A stretch of 64,000 nucleotides of DNA from Verrucomicrobiota bacterium (GCA_016871535.1 VHCZ01000005.1:530-64529), one strand, 5' to 3'; positions 48,377 through 58,090 are shown, counted from the stretch's first letter. The notes: generated from the sequence alone by a model not told the origin. Program-made: numbers and translations.

Positions 48377-51018
48377 GCCGCCTCCGCGCCTGGATGCTCG
48401 CTGAGATATTTAGATCGGCATTCATTGCGGCTTATTTTCCCGCTGCTTGTCTTCATCACCCAGCCGGGTTCTTTCAAGACGAAATGGTTCACGACGCATT
48501 CCAGTTTCTGAAAAACTGCCTGTTTGACCTCGGCCTCTACGGCCTCGGACAACACGGAACCGTCGCTATCGCGCTCGGCCACGACGACCAGATCTTCAGT
48601 CCCGGTTCTGGAGTTCTCACTGCCGAAAGCCACAACCCGTCCGGATTTTACTTCTGCCAGTGCGCCGACGATTTCCTCGATGTCCTGCGGATAGAAATTC
48701 CGCCCGGCGATGATGATCAGGTCCTTCTTGCGCCCCGTGACGTACAATTCCTCTTCCCACAAAAAACCCAAATCGCCGGTCAAGTACCAGCCGTCCCTGA
48801 AGGCGGTCCGCGTTGCTTCCGGATTGCGACAGTACTCCTTGAGCAGGCAATCGCTCTGGATGCTGATCTCGCCGACAACGCCTTCGGGCCGTTCCCTGCC
48901 CGCCTCATCCATAATGCGAATTCTTGTCTGTGCGATCGGCTTGCCTTGGGACACGATTCCGCGTCCGGCTTTCGCGAGTTTGACCCGGCCCTCCTGCGCG
49001 AGGAAAGCGGCATCAATGTGGATGACTCTATGGTAGGCAGCCTGGGTCGCAGCGAACACATTCTCCGCCATCGCGTAACAGCTCCACAGTTTGTCCAGAG
49101 TCAAACCCAGTTCCCGGAATGCTTGATGAAATCGTTCCCAGGTGCTGGCAGAGACGGGCTCGGAACAACTGACCAAGGCGCGAATCGAGGTCAGGTCTAT
49201 CTCTGTGAACTGACTTGGCCGGACTCTCTCGGCGAGCAATTCGAAAGCGAAGTTGGGCATCCACGCGAGGGTCCCCCGGTAGCGGCTGCACAACTCGAAG
49301 AGGAGTTTCGGATTCGTGATCCACTCGAAGGGAGAAACCATCACGACCGGCACACCCACCAGCAACGGCATGAGAAAGCACGCGATGAATCCCATGTCAT
49401 GATAGAGCGGCAACCAGCTCACAATCAAATCGTCTGTCCGCAATTCGAGCGCGCGGCCATACTGGCTCACCTGGTGGCAGATCGCGCGATGGCTCATGGC
49501 TACACCCTTCTGAATGCCGGTCGTGCCGGAAGAATGTTGGACGACCACTGTTTCATCCAATGACACCGGAACAAACTCCTCCAACCGCGATTGGCTGCGC
49601 CATCCATCGCCGCTGAGAATGCTTGTGGCCGGCGGCACCATCGGTCCGAGGTGGACCGCGAGATCCTTGGAGCAAAAGATTCCCTTGAATCCAACACGCG
49701 AGAAAATATCGGCGTGGTTGCGGGCATAAATCTCGAAGGGAACTTTGGCGCTCGGATAAGAGAGAATGGAGGGAACAACTCCCGCCTGGAGACAACCCGC
49801 GAAGGCGACAAACAAGTCTTCGGAGAGCGGAAGCACCAGACCGAGCCTGTCACCGGCTTCCAGCCGGTTTGCTCGAAGATAGGCGGCGAATCTTTGAGCC
49901 CGCTGCAGGAGATCGCCATAGGTCAGCGCCAAGAACTCGCCCTGCTCAGGTTTGAAGCGAAGGATTACTTTGTCGGGTTCCGCGCTCCCTCTCCTGCGGA
50001 GCCTCTCGAACAAATGGGCTGGCTCCTCTTCGATGCGCAGCGGAGTTCCACCACCTGTCTTGTGAACTTCGTCGTGGCCCACCAGATGGCCGGCAATATC
50101 GAGGATGCTGTCGAACTCCGGTGAAAGAAAAGCGCTCTCCGCAATGACCGGACCAAAGCGCCTGGAAATTTCTTCGGCAAGCAAAGCCCAATTCAAACTG
50201 TCGATCAATCCGTCGCGCCGCAGCCGCGCCGTCGGCGTCGGCGTTTCACGGACGATCTTCAGGTCCAGCAGTAGCGCCTGGATTTCGGCGACGGCAGCTT
50301 GAAGGCTCGAAAATTGACGCCTCTGAACAGGCGATTTCGCGGGTGCAGCTTTCTGCGGCGCGAGCGCCCGGTTGCGCCTCGGATCCTTGTAGAGTCTTTG
50401 ACCGACGACCCGGCCCGGATTCCCCATCACGATGGAATACGCAGGAAAGTGCCCGGAAATAACTGAATTAGCCCCGACAATCACACCCTCTTCAATCGTC
50501 GTACCCATCAAGACATTGACGCTATTGGCCAGCCAGACGTCGCGCCCGATCACGACCGGCTCTTGCACGTAGCCCTGTTCACAAATCGGTTGATCCCGAA
50601 ATGTCGGGTGTCCCGAGCCATTGATGTGAACATGGCTGGAGATCAGACAATTCTCACTGAGAGTGACATTGGCCCCGGCGTTGATCACCAGGTCGAGGCC
50701 AACCTGGGTCTTGCGGCCAATCCGGATCGTCGATTCCCGCGCCGCTACGAGCCTCAGATCCTGGTCGAAATAGCAGCCGCGCTCGATGACGATCGACCCG
50801 TTCTCGCGGTTACGCAGATCAATATCCCCCGTGAAGGTGACCTCATCTTCGATGCAGATTCGTCTCGGATCGCCGTTGAATTTCCAGCGAACTCGCCCAC
50901 CAAAGACCACTCGCTTTCCAACTTTCACTCCCAGCAGCCGCAAAAAAATTCCCCACCGCATCGAATTCAGACGCAGTGGCGCTCGCTTGAGAAACTTGAA
51001 GAAAGTCAGGGCAGCCAT
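48373..51018 (-). CDS. tri-domain fusion: LbH acyltransferase, carrier-protein-like domain, fatty-acyl-AMP ligase/adenylation domain
   Basis: The N-terminal LbH domain is colinear with 47672..48376 (RVRWKFNGDPRRICIEDEVTFTG...). The linker has a carrier-like DGLIDSLNWALLAEEISRRFG. AMP-binding motifs are HSSGTTGIQKGV, YLTGDLGF and GRKKDLIIIAGRNFYPQDIEE. Start taken at ATG 51018 (M74); the track start 51237 would overlap the upstream gene by ~200 nt. Confidence 0.85.
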   Translation of the reverse strand: MAALTFFKFLKRAPLRLNSMRWGIFLRLLGVKVGKRVVFGGRVRWKFNGDPRRICIEDEVTFTGDIDLRNRENGSIVIERGCYFDQDLRLVAARESTIRIGRKTQVGLDLVINAGANVTLSENCLISSHVHINGSGHPTFRDQPICEQGYVQEPVVIGRDVWLANSVNVLMGTTIEEGVIVGANSVISGHFPAYSIVMGNPGRVVGQRLYKDPRRNRALAPQKAAPAKSPVQRRQFSSLQAAVAEIQALLLDLKIVRETPTPTARLRRDGLIDSLNWALLAEEISRRFGPVIAESAFLSPEFDSILDIAGHLVGHDEVHKTGGGTPLRIEEEPAHLFERLRRRGSAEPDKVILRFKPEQGEFLALTYGDLLQRAQRFAAYLRANRLEAGDRLGLVLPLSEDLFVAFAGCLQAGVVPSILSYPSAKVPFEIYARNHADIFSRVGFKGIFCSKDLAVHLGPMVPPATSILSGDGWRSQSRLEEFVPVSLDETVVVQHSSGTTGIQKGVAMSHRAICHQVSQYGRALELRTDDLIVSWLPLYHDMGFIACFLMPLLVGVPVVMVSPFEWITNPKLLFELCSRYRGTLAWMPNFAFELLAERVRPSQFTEIDLTSIRALVSCSEPVSASTWERFHQAFRELGLTLDKLWSCYAMAENVFAATQAAYHRVIHIDAAFLAQEGRVKLAKAGRGIVSQGKPIAQTRIRIMDEAGRERPEGVVGEISIQSDCLLKEYCRNPEATRTAFRDGWYLTGDLGFLWEEELYVTGRKKDLIIIAGRNFYPQDIEEIVGALAEVKSGRVVAFGSENSRTGTEDLVVVAERDSDGSVLSEAVEAEVKQAVFQKLECVVNHFVLKEPGWVMKTSSGKISRNECRSKYLSEHPGAEAA

Positions 51019-51035
51019 GCGCACGGGAACAGCCT

Positions 51036-52883
51036 TCAAGGAGCAGTCTCGATCCATTGCTGAAACCACAGCTCGAGGTTCAGGATTTGCCAAATGAGCA
51101 TGCCATGCTGGACCTCGCCAGCCAAGTGCTCGCGCAGAACTCTGTCCGCTGCCTGCGCCCGAAGGACACCTCGCTCCCGAAACCGCCGCGATCCAACCGT
51201 ATCCTGGACCAAGTCGCCCAGGCCCGATCGGAGCCATTGATCAAACGGCAGGTTGAAACCCGTCTTGGCAACCCGCAGCCGAATGTGGTCCGGGACAATG
51301 CTGTCTGTAATTCTCCGGATCAGATACTTGTTGACGCCGTCGCGGATTTTGTAGCGGTGCGGAATGCACCAGGTGTACTCGAACAGGTCCAAATCCCAAA
51401 ATGGATCGCACCCGGTGATCCCGTACCGCCATCCCATGATGTCTTCGGCCCAAATCGCGGGTGGCAAGGCATCCTTCGTGATTTCCTGAACGGTGTAGCT
51501 TCTCACATAATCGCCATACGACTCGACCGGCGGCGGAAGCCGGTATGCTGCCGCATATTCATCGGATAGCATTTCCAGCGACGGGCATAACCTGGCTTCG
51601 CCCTGAACAAGAACGCCAGCCCGTCGGATATCGACGGAATTGCGGAAGAAATTCTCGACGGTCTGGTACGACTTGGGCCACCGCGGCACGGAATGATGCT
51701 CAATCCACTTTCGAACTTCGTGCCGAAGCAACTCTTCCTGACCGGAGTTCTTCAGATACGCAAAGAAGTGGAGAAAATTCGGGTACGCTCCGGCCATGTG
51801 GTGGTCTCCTCCCGATCCGCTGATCAGACACTGGAGTCCTGCTTCAGCCGCCCCGCGATTGAGCCGCTCTTGCGCGTACACGGTGGCCGTCGTCCACGGT
51901 TGGTCATAGTGAGCGTAGAGGTTGGCGATCTCGTTCTTGAACTTTTCAACCGTAGGCTGAATGTTGTGCCATTCCCTGAGATACCGTCTTGCCACCGGCT
52001 CGATCAGGTCGAGTTCGTTCGCCCGGTCATCCATCGGATAGGTGACGGAGACGCCAACCTGTTTTTCTCCTGTCAGCTTGCAAACGTAGCCCAGGACCGT
52101 GTTCGAATCCATTCCGCCACTGAGCGAAAAGCCCTTTTTCGAAGGCATGGGAGCGACCCGCTGAGTAATCGCCTTTTCTAACAACGCGGCCATTTCCTGA
52201 TGAAGCTGCCGCTCGGACTTGTCCTCGAAAAACGGCTGGCTCGCATCAAACCGCCAATAGACGCGCTCACTGAGCTGGCCGTCGTGCCAACTCAGAGCTG
52301 CTGCCGGTAAGATCTGAGACACATTTCTAAAAAAGGTGTTCTTTCGCCCATAGACCGTCGAGTAATGGCTCGTGGCATAGAGCGCAATGATTTCGGGATT
52401 TGGCTCGCGTTTGCCCGACGGTATGTCTGCCAGCAAACTGGCGTAGGACGAAAAATAAAAGACGCCGTCATGTAGCAAATAGAACATCGGCTTGAGCCCC
52501 CAACGGTCCCTGAACATCTTCACGAGGTTCTTGGCCGCATCAAGCGCGAGGATGCAGAACGCTCCCTGCAATTGATTCACGAAATCGTCGCCGCTAACGC
52601 GGTGCAATTCCGCCACGTCCAGTGCGCCAAGGAGTTTGTCTCCAAAGTGGACCGTTCCTTCGACCAAGAAGAGCGGGCCATCGTCCCTCTGGAAGGCTCG
52701 ATACGGGCTCCTTGCAGAGGCGACGTAAAGAACCGCGGCAGTCCCCGAACTGGATTCCCATTTCCCTCGTTCCAGAGCGAGGCAATTCGCGCTCAGGGCC
52801 TCGAGTCGCTCCAGCCAGGGCTTGTGCCGAACCACGAGGTCGGGACGCGCATGTGACGCCAGGTAACCGAACAATCGAGCCAT
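51036..52883 (-). CDS. asparagine synthetase-family protein lacking the N-terminal Cys nucleophile
   Basis: Starts MARLFGYL (no MCG). The synthetase-domain PP-loop FSLSGGMDSNTVLGY is present. Overall colinear with the AsnB paralogs downstream. Confidence 0.85.
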   Translation of the reverse strand: MARLFGYLASHARPDLVVRHKPWLERLEALSANCLALERGKWESSSGTAAVLYVASARSPYRAFQRDDGPLFLVEGTVHFGDKLLGALDVAELHRVSGDDFVNQLQGAFCILALDAAKNLVKMFRDRWGLKPMFYLLHDGVFYFSSYASLLADIPSGKREPNPEIIALYATSHYSTVYGRKNTFFRNVSQILPAAALSWHDGQLSERVYWRFDASQPFFEDKSERQLHQEMAALLEKAITQRVAPMPSKKGFSLSGGMDSNTVLGYVCKLTGEKQVGVSVTYPMDDRANELDLIEPVARRYLREWHNIQPTVEKFKNEIANLYAHYDQPWTTATVYAQERLNRGAAEAGLQCLISGSGGDHHMAGAYPNFLHFFAYLKNSGQEELLRHEVRKWIEHHSVPRWPKSYQTVENFFRNSVDIRRAGVLVQGEARLCPSLEMLSDEYAAAYRLPPPVESYGDYVRSYTVQEITKDALPPAIWAEDIMGWRYGITGCDPFWDLDLFEYTWCIPHRYKIRDGVNKYLIRRITDSIVPDHIRLRVAKTGFNLPFDQWLRSGLGDLVQDTVGSRRFRERGVLRAQAADRVLREHLAGEVQHGMLIWQILNLELWFQQWIETAP

Positions 52884-52889
52884 ACGCGA

Positions 52890-54635
52890 TTATGTCTCCA
52901 CTTCGAAGGTGGACATCCAAACCTCAACGCAAAGCACCTGCCAAAGGATCCGCCAGAGCGCGGTGTTCCCTCGCTCGAATTGTGTCATCAGTCCCTCGAT
53001 TCCGCGGAGGTCGAACAGCGTCGCAATCCGAGCGTTCGGGCTTACACTGTCCTTGAAGAAAGTATTGAACTCTCCGCGAGCGAGCGACTCGGCAATCGGG
53101 GTATCGAAAGCCTGTTTGGGACGGTGAACCAGTTCGTGAGGCAGATAACGCTCGGCAAGTCTCTTCAAAATGAATTTGCCTTCCGTGGGGTGAATCTTCA
53201 ACTCCGGCGCCAGCCGATTGGCATATTCGACCAGCGGCCAATCCAGGAATGGGACACGCACTTCGATCCCGCAAGCCATCCCCATTCGATCCTGCCGCTG
53301 CAAAAGATGCGGGAGGTAAGTGGATTGGTCATAGAGGAGCAACTGATTGCCGTCAGCTTCTCCCTTGAGATCTGTCGCGAGGCGTTCTCGAAAGTCGAAC
53401 CGCCGCTGACGATTGGGCCAGAAGCGTTCGATCCGGGGAAACGCAACCTCATTGCGCCCGTAAACGACCACGTCTTCCTTGCCGCTCCGGTAAGCGCGCA
53501 ACGATTCCCGATATCGATCGTAGCCTCCAAAGGTTTCGTCCGCTCCTTCACCTGACAGAAGCACCTTGACGCCGAACCGTGAGATCTCACGACACAGCTT
53601 GTAGAGACCGATGGTGTTGGTCTGGATGATTGGTTCATCGTAGAACCACGTCACTTTGCGGAGCAGTTCGAGCGCGTCGGCACTGTCGATGTCGATAGTA
53701 TGAAGCGGAATCCCATTTGCTTCCGACACCATCGTCGCGTATTGGGTTTCATCATAACCCTCGCTCGGATGGCGCAACGTGAACGCCTGGATTCCGGGTT
53801 GCTCCTGGTTAGCGAATAACGTCATGAGACTGGAGTCTACGCCGCCGCTCAGGAGCGCCGCCAGTGGAACATCCGAGATCAATTGATAGCGCACCGCGCG
53901 CCGAATCTTGGCCTCCAGACAGTCCAATGCCTCGCCGGTTTCTTGGATCAGATCGGCGTGTCCCTTTGCTTTCCAGAATCGGCCGATCGTGAATTCGCGG
54001 TCCAGGATTGTGAACCAATGGGCCGGTTCAAGCTGATAGATCCCTTCGTAAAGCGTGTTCGGGCCAGCCACAAACCCAAAAACGAGATACTCGAACAGGG
54101 TGTCCTGACGAAGCTTTCGCGGAACGCGGGCATCGCAAAACAGCCCCTTGATTTCAGAAGCGCAAATGAACTGCTGCTCGTCCCGATAGTAATAGAGCGG
54201 TTTGACGCCGAGATGATCGCGCGCCCCAAACACGAGGTGCCTTTTCTCGTCGTAGATGACGAAAGCAAAAATCCCGTTCAAGTGCTGGAGCACATCCATG
54301 CCAAATTCGATGTAACCGCGCAGCAAAGCCTCGGCATCGCAGTTCGTGCGGAAGACGTGGCCGCACCCGATGAGCCGCTGGCGGATCTCTCTGTAATTGT
54401 AGATTTCGCCGTTAAATGTCAGCGCCACGCCTGCCGACTTGTCCACGACTGGCTCTTGTCCGTCTTCCGGACTGATAATGGCAAGACGGCAGTGTCCGAT
54501 CTCAATCCGGTTTTTCGACCAAGTCCCCGTGCCATCCGGACCGCGATGCCGAAGCGAGGCCATCGCCCGTGCCAGTACGCCGTCATCGCTTGGCACCGAG
54601 CGATTGAACAGGTAGCGACAGACAATGGCGCACAT
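52890..54635 (-). CDS. asparagine synthetase (glutamine-hydrolysing) family amidotransferase
   Basis: Starts MCAIV (Cys2 present), with GPDG, ALLSGGVDSS PP-loop and MACGIEVRVPFLD. Confidence 0.9.
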   Translation of the reverse strand: MCAIVCRYLFNRSVPSDDGVLARAMASLRHRGPDGTGTWSKNRIEIGHCRLAIISPEDGQEPVVDKSAGVALTFNGEIYNYREIRQRLIGCGHVFRTNCDAEALLRGYIEFGMDVLQHLNGIFAFVIYDEKRHLVFGARDHLGVKPLYYYRDEQQFICASEIKGLFCDARVPRKLRQDTLFEYLVFGFVAGPNTLYEGIYQLEPAHWFTILDREFTIGRFWKAKGHADLIQETGEALDCLEAKIRRAVRYQLISDVPLAALLSGGVDSSLMTLFANQEQPGIQAFTLRHPSEGYDETQYATMVSEANGIPLHTIDIDSADALELLRKVTWFYDEPIIQTNTIGLYKLCREISRFGVKVLLSGEGADETFGGYDRYRESLRAYRSGKEDVVVYGRNEVAFPRIERFWPNRQRRFDFRERLATDLKGEADGNQLLLYDQSTYLPHLLQRQDRMGMACGIEVRVPFLDWPLVEYANRLAPELKIHPTEGKFILKRLAERYLPHELVHRPKQAFDTPIAESLARGEFNTFFKDSVSPNARIATLFDLRGIEGLMTQFERGNTALWRILWQVLCVEVWMSTFEVET

Positions 54636-54754
54636 ATCGGAGGTTCTTTTTATTCGAGAGATCGTGGAAGGATCACGAACGGTCTTGCACGCATTCGATG
54701 CAACCAGCTTCGATTTGAGTTGCGATTGTCATTCTCTCGGCGGTCGGCTCTTGC

Positions 54755-54781
54755 GTATCGGCCACGGCTCTTCAGGTTTTA
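54755..54781 (-). promoter_or_regulatory. sigma28-type promoter TAAAACCT-N11-GCCGATAC (read on the - strand)
   Basis: TAAA (54781-54778), 15-nt spacer, GCCGATAC (54762-54755), versus the consensus TAAA-N15-GCCGATAA. The -35 overlaps the TAA stop of the 115-aa ORF. ~120 nt upstream of the AsnB-family ATG at 54635. Confidence 0.55.
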
Positions 54782-55126
54782 GGTTGGGAGGCGAAATCTC
54801 TGGTCGAGCCACTCGATCACCTGTCCTTGCTCCTGGCGGAGATAAGCCTCGAACTCGTCCATTCGCTCTGGATCGACTATCACCACAAACATCTTGTCTT
54901 GAGGGTTGTTCACGAGGGCAGTCTTGAAACCTTGTTTCACCAAGCGCGCATTGACCGATGGCGTCGCGTAGAAACCCCAGCTCTTAGCGGTGAAATCGTG
55001 CTCCTTGCCCGAAGAAGTCACAAACGTGACCTGTTCATCCGGTTCGAGACGAATGGTCGCGCAGTCTGAAATCTGAACCCGTCCCACTTGATAGCGGCGC
55101 GGCGGCTCTTTGCGGTCGATCTTCAT
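54779..55126 (-). CDS. hypothetical protein (115 aa)
   Basis: ATG 55126 forms an ATGA overlap with the stop of the upstream amidotransferase gene. MKIDRKEPPRRYQVGRVQISDCATIRLEPDEQVTFVTSSGKEHDFTAKSWGFYATP... No family recognised. Confidence 0.55.
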   Translation of the reverse strand: MKIDRKEPPRRYQVGRVQISDCATIRLEPDEQVTFVTSSGKEHDFTAKSWGFYATPSVNARLVKQGFKTALVNNPQDKMFVVIVDPERMDEFEAYLRQEQGQVIEWLDQRFRLPT

Positions 55127-56241
55127 TTCCAGTTCCAATTCTCCACCAGGAAACCCGGGATGATCCACTTGGCGTTTCGCTTCACCCAGATGTCCGGATT
55201 GCGGAATCTCTCCGCGATTTCAAAGAACCGTTCCCGAGTGATCCCGACGAAGGCGCAAAACTTCTCGATGTCCGCTTCGGGTGTTTGGTCCCCTTTCTCA
55301 AGCACGATTTCAACCGCCTGCTCGCGAGTCAATCGGCCGTTCCGAATCTCGAGCGACAAGTTGTCGAAGAGACGCGTGAATCCAAACTTGTACCACTTCA
55401 AATGATGGTGGATGGAGATGAAATCGTCGTCGATGTCCGCGAAATCGTAAAAGCCCGTCTTTGGACCGCTGGGGCTGGCCCGAAAACCATGCGCCTGGGC
55501 AACAGCCAGGCTGGTGGCGGCATCCCAGGCAAAATAGTACCCTAGGAAAACCGCTCGCACTCCGGCTTGTTCGACTTCTTCATCTTCGGGACCGAAATAA
55601 GGTGTGAGCTCCCTGACGGTCAAATCCACGGCTGCCCAGTCTGCAGCGGTCGTTCCATGCGTGACGCCATAGGTGCGGAGCCAGCGCCGATCCAGGCGAA
55701 AGCCAGTGAGCGCTTCGTCTGTGGTGCCGTATTCAAAGGCGGAGTTCTCTCCCCACACCACCAGGGGAATCTCCAGGCGAATGGCGAGCTTGAGGGGAAT
55801 ATTGAAGATCGCCAGGTGCATCGGGATGGCCGTCGAACCGTACCGCTCGAACGTCCGCAGCATGAATTTGCGTTCCACCCTGGGATTGACTTGATAGTCC
55901 ACGTGATCGACGCCAAGGCTCACGAGGTTGGCCAGATTCTGCGCTCCGATCTTAGTTCGGGCGGGCGTCTTCCAAGTCACGGCCAGGGGATTCAGTCCGC
56001 ACTCCAGACACCGGATGACCTGCCAGGTGCTGTCTTTCCCTCCGCTTACAGGGATGAGGCAGTCATATCCCTTGCTGCGGCTCTTCGCGAATTCCACGAC
56101 GCCGCGAAACGCGTGTTCGCGCTCGGCACAATCGATGTCGCGCTTGCGGGCATGCGCACGGCAGGCGTTACAGACACCGTCGGCATCAAGGACGATGTTC
56201 GGACGCGTGTCTGGGATGATGCATTTGACGCAATATTTCAC
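55123..56241 (-). CDS. N-acetyl sugar amidotransferase (WbuX/PseA family PP-loop enzyme)
   Basis: MKYCVKCIIPDTRPNIVLDADGVCNACRAH (Zn-ribbon-like start) and CLIPVSGGKDSTWQV PP-loop are typical of the acetamidino-forming sugar amidotransferases. Confidence 0.88.
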   Translation of the reverse strand: MKYCVKCIIPDTRPNIVLDADGVCNACRAHARKRDIDCAEREHAFRGVVEFAKSRSKGYDCLIPVSGGKDSTWQVIRCLECGLNPLAVTWKTPARTKIGAQNLANLVSLGVDHVDYQVNPRVERKFMLRTFERYGSTAIPMHLAIFNIPLKLAIRLEIPLVVWGENSAFEYGTTDEALTGFRLDRRWLRTYGVTHGTTAADWAAVDLTVRELTPYFGPEDEEVEQAGVRAVFLGYYFAWDAATSLAVAQAHGFRASPSGPKTGFYDFADIDDDFISIHHHLKWYKFGFTRLFDNLSLEIRNGRLTREQAVEIVLEKGDQTPEADIEKFCAFVGITRERFFEIAERFRNPDIWVKRNAKWIIPGFLVENWNWK

Positions 56242-58070
56242 GCGGCGAATTCCTCCAAAAAGATTTTACTGTTGAGAAAATAGAAAAGGAATTTGCTTTC
56301 GCTGTTCGGGAGATGCTCTTTGCGGAGCAATTGCTCGATGCGCTCGCGCTTAACCAAATCAAAGACCGGGCTTCGGTCGAGCAGACTTTCACGCACGTCT
56401 GAACTCCGCACGTTCAAGCAGGAGAGAATCGGAGCGTTGAAGCCGACTTTTCGGCGGTTGTCCAACACCCCATCCGGGGCAATGCCTCTCATCGCATCCC
56501 GCAGCACCGCCTTGGCCCGCCCCTCTCGAACCAGATGTCGTGTTGGAACGCTCTGACAAAACTCGAAAAGTTCGCGGTCCAAAAACGGCGATCGGTTTTC
56601 GATGGAGTAATACATCGCATTCAGGTCGTCCTCGTGCAGGATAACAGGCACGGCTTCGTGAAAAAGTTCGTTGAGCATCCGATTCCGGAGCAGACTCCCC
56701 GTGAACGTTTCCTCGAAAAACGGTTCGGACCAGTCCCGCGTCAGGTACTCCGCAAACTCATCGGCATTAAGGAAGATGTGCTCGCGGAAATCCGGCCTCT
56801 CGACAAACAAGTCAGGGTTTCCCAAAAACGGATTCCGAACGACGGGTTTCACGTGCTCTAACCAGGCCTGCCTTGCGGCCCGGCAAAGCCCGGTATCGTT
56901 TCGGACTTCGTAGAGATAGGCCAGATGGTGGTCATAGTAGCCGGAGAATAGCTCATCCGCGGCGGTTCCACTGATTGAAATGTGGTAACCATGCCGGGCC
57001 ACATTCTCCATCAACTGCCAGTGAGCGAAGTAAGTGATCGTGTAAACCGGCGCGTCATGATGCCGCACCAGCGTCCGCAGTTTGGGAAGAAATTCAGCCG
57101 TGCTGATCGGGACATACGTGTGTCGGATACCGAGTTCGCGGACGGCGAGGTCCACCATGTCCTTCTCCTCGTACCGGGCGTCCGTGTTCAAGATCGTGAA
57201 CCCATGCACGTCGTATCCGAAGACTTTTTTTGCGGTCGCGACCAAGGCGTTCGAATCGATTCCGCCGCTCAGACAAAAAGCGAGCGGCACGTCCGCGCGC
57301 AGACGCAATTTGACGGCGCGAAAGAGTTTGTCCCGCGCTCCGGCGGTCGCTTCGGCTGCCGACATTCTGCCGTCCGGACGATAGACCGGCTGCCAGTAGC
57401 GTTTCTGGCGTATCGTCCCATCAGCGTCGATATGCAAAGCCGTGGACGGGGATAATTCGCTCAGTCCTTTGAAAAACGTCGCCTTCTTCTTGTACAATGC
57501 CTTGTAGCCATTAACTAGGTAACGGCAAATCTGGTCCAGATTTAATTCCAGTTTCGTGCCGAGCAAGGCCTGGATAAACTTCGCCTCGGAGCCAAAGAAC
57601 AGCCCCGATTCATCCTGGTACAAGTAGAGGGGTTTTTCTCCGAAGCGATCCCGGCAAAGGAGCAGCGAACCATTTTGTTCATCGTAAACGGCGAACGCCC
57701 ACATGCCTTCACAGCGGTCCAGCGCTTCCCAACCGCAATAATCGATCGCTCGCAGGAGCACCTCGGTGTCCGATTCCGTGGCGAATTGGATCCCTTCCTT
57801 CTTCAGTTCCTCCCGAAGCTCCAGATAATTGTAAAGTTCGCCATTGTACACCATCCACCTGAATCCGACGCGGAACGGTTGATGGGCGCGCTCGTCCAGA
57901 TCGATGATGCTCAGACGTGTGAACAACAAATACGCCCTGCGGCCGGAGGAAGTTGTCCAGCAGCGCCAGGCGGCATGATCCGGGCCGCGACGGTGCATCC
58001 GCTCCAGGCAAGTCTCGATGCGGTTTGGCTCCAACTCTCGAGTGCCAAAATATCCTGCAATCCCGCACAT
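56238..58070 (-). CDS. asparagine synthetase (glutamine-hydrolysing) family amidotransferase
   Basis: Canonical MCGIAGYFG start, RGPD, FNGELYNY-like YNGELYNY and the FCLSGGIDSNALV PP-loop. Confidence 0.92.
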   Translation of the reverse strand: MCGIAGYFGTRELEPNRIETCLERMHRRGPDHAAWRCWTTSSGRRAYLLFTRLSIIDLDERAHQPFRVGFRWMVYNGELYNYLELREELKKEGIQFATESDTEVLLRAIDYCGWEALDRCEGMWAFAVYDEQNGSLLLCRDRFGEKPLYLYQDESGLFFGSEAKFIQALLGTKLELNLDQICRYLVNGYKALYKKKATFFKGLSELSPSTALHIDADGTIRQKRYWQPVYRPDGRMSAAEATAGARDKLFRAVKLRLRADVPLAFCLSGGIDSNALVATAKKVFGYDVHGFTILNTDARYEEKDMVDLAVRELGIRHTYVPISTAEFLPKLRTLVRHHDAPVYTITYFAHWQLMENVARHGYHISISGTAADELFSGYYDHHLAYLYEVRNDTGLCRAARQAWLEHVKPVVRNPFLGNPDLFVERPDFREHIFLNADEFAEYLTRDWSEPFFEETFTGSLLRNRMLNELFHEAVPVILHEDDLNAMYYSIENRSPFLDRELFEFCQSVPTRHLVREGRAKAVLRDAMRGIAPDGVLDNRRKVGFNAPILSCLNVRSSDVRESLLDRSPVFDLVKRERIEQLLRKEHLPNSESKFLFYFLNSKIFLEEFAA

Positions 58071-58090
58071 CGGATTAGCGTTCTTGCGTT

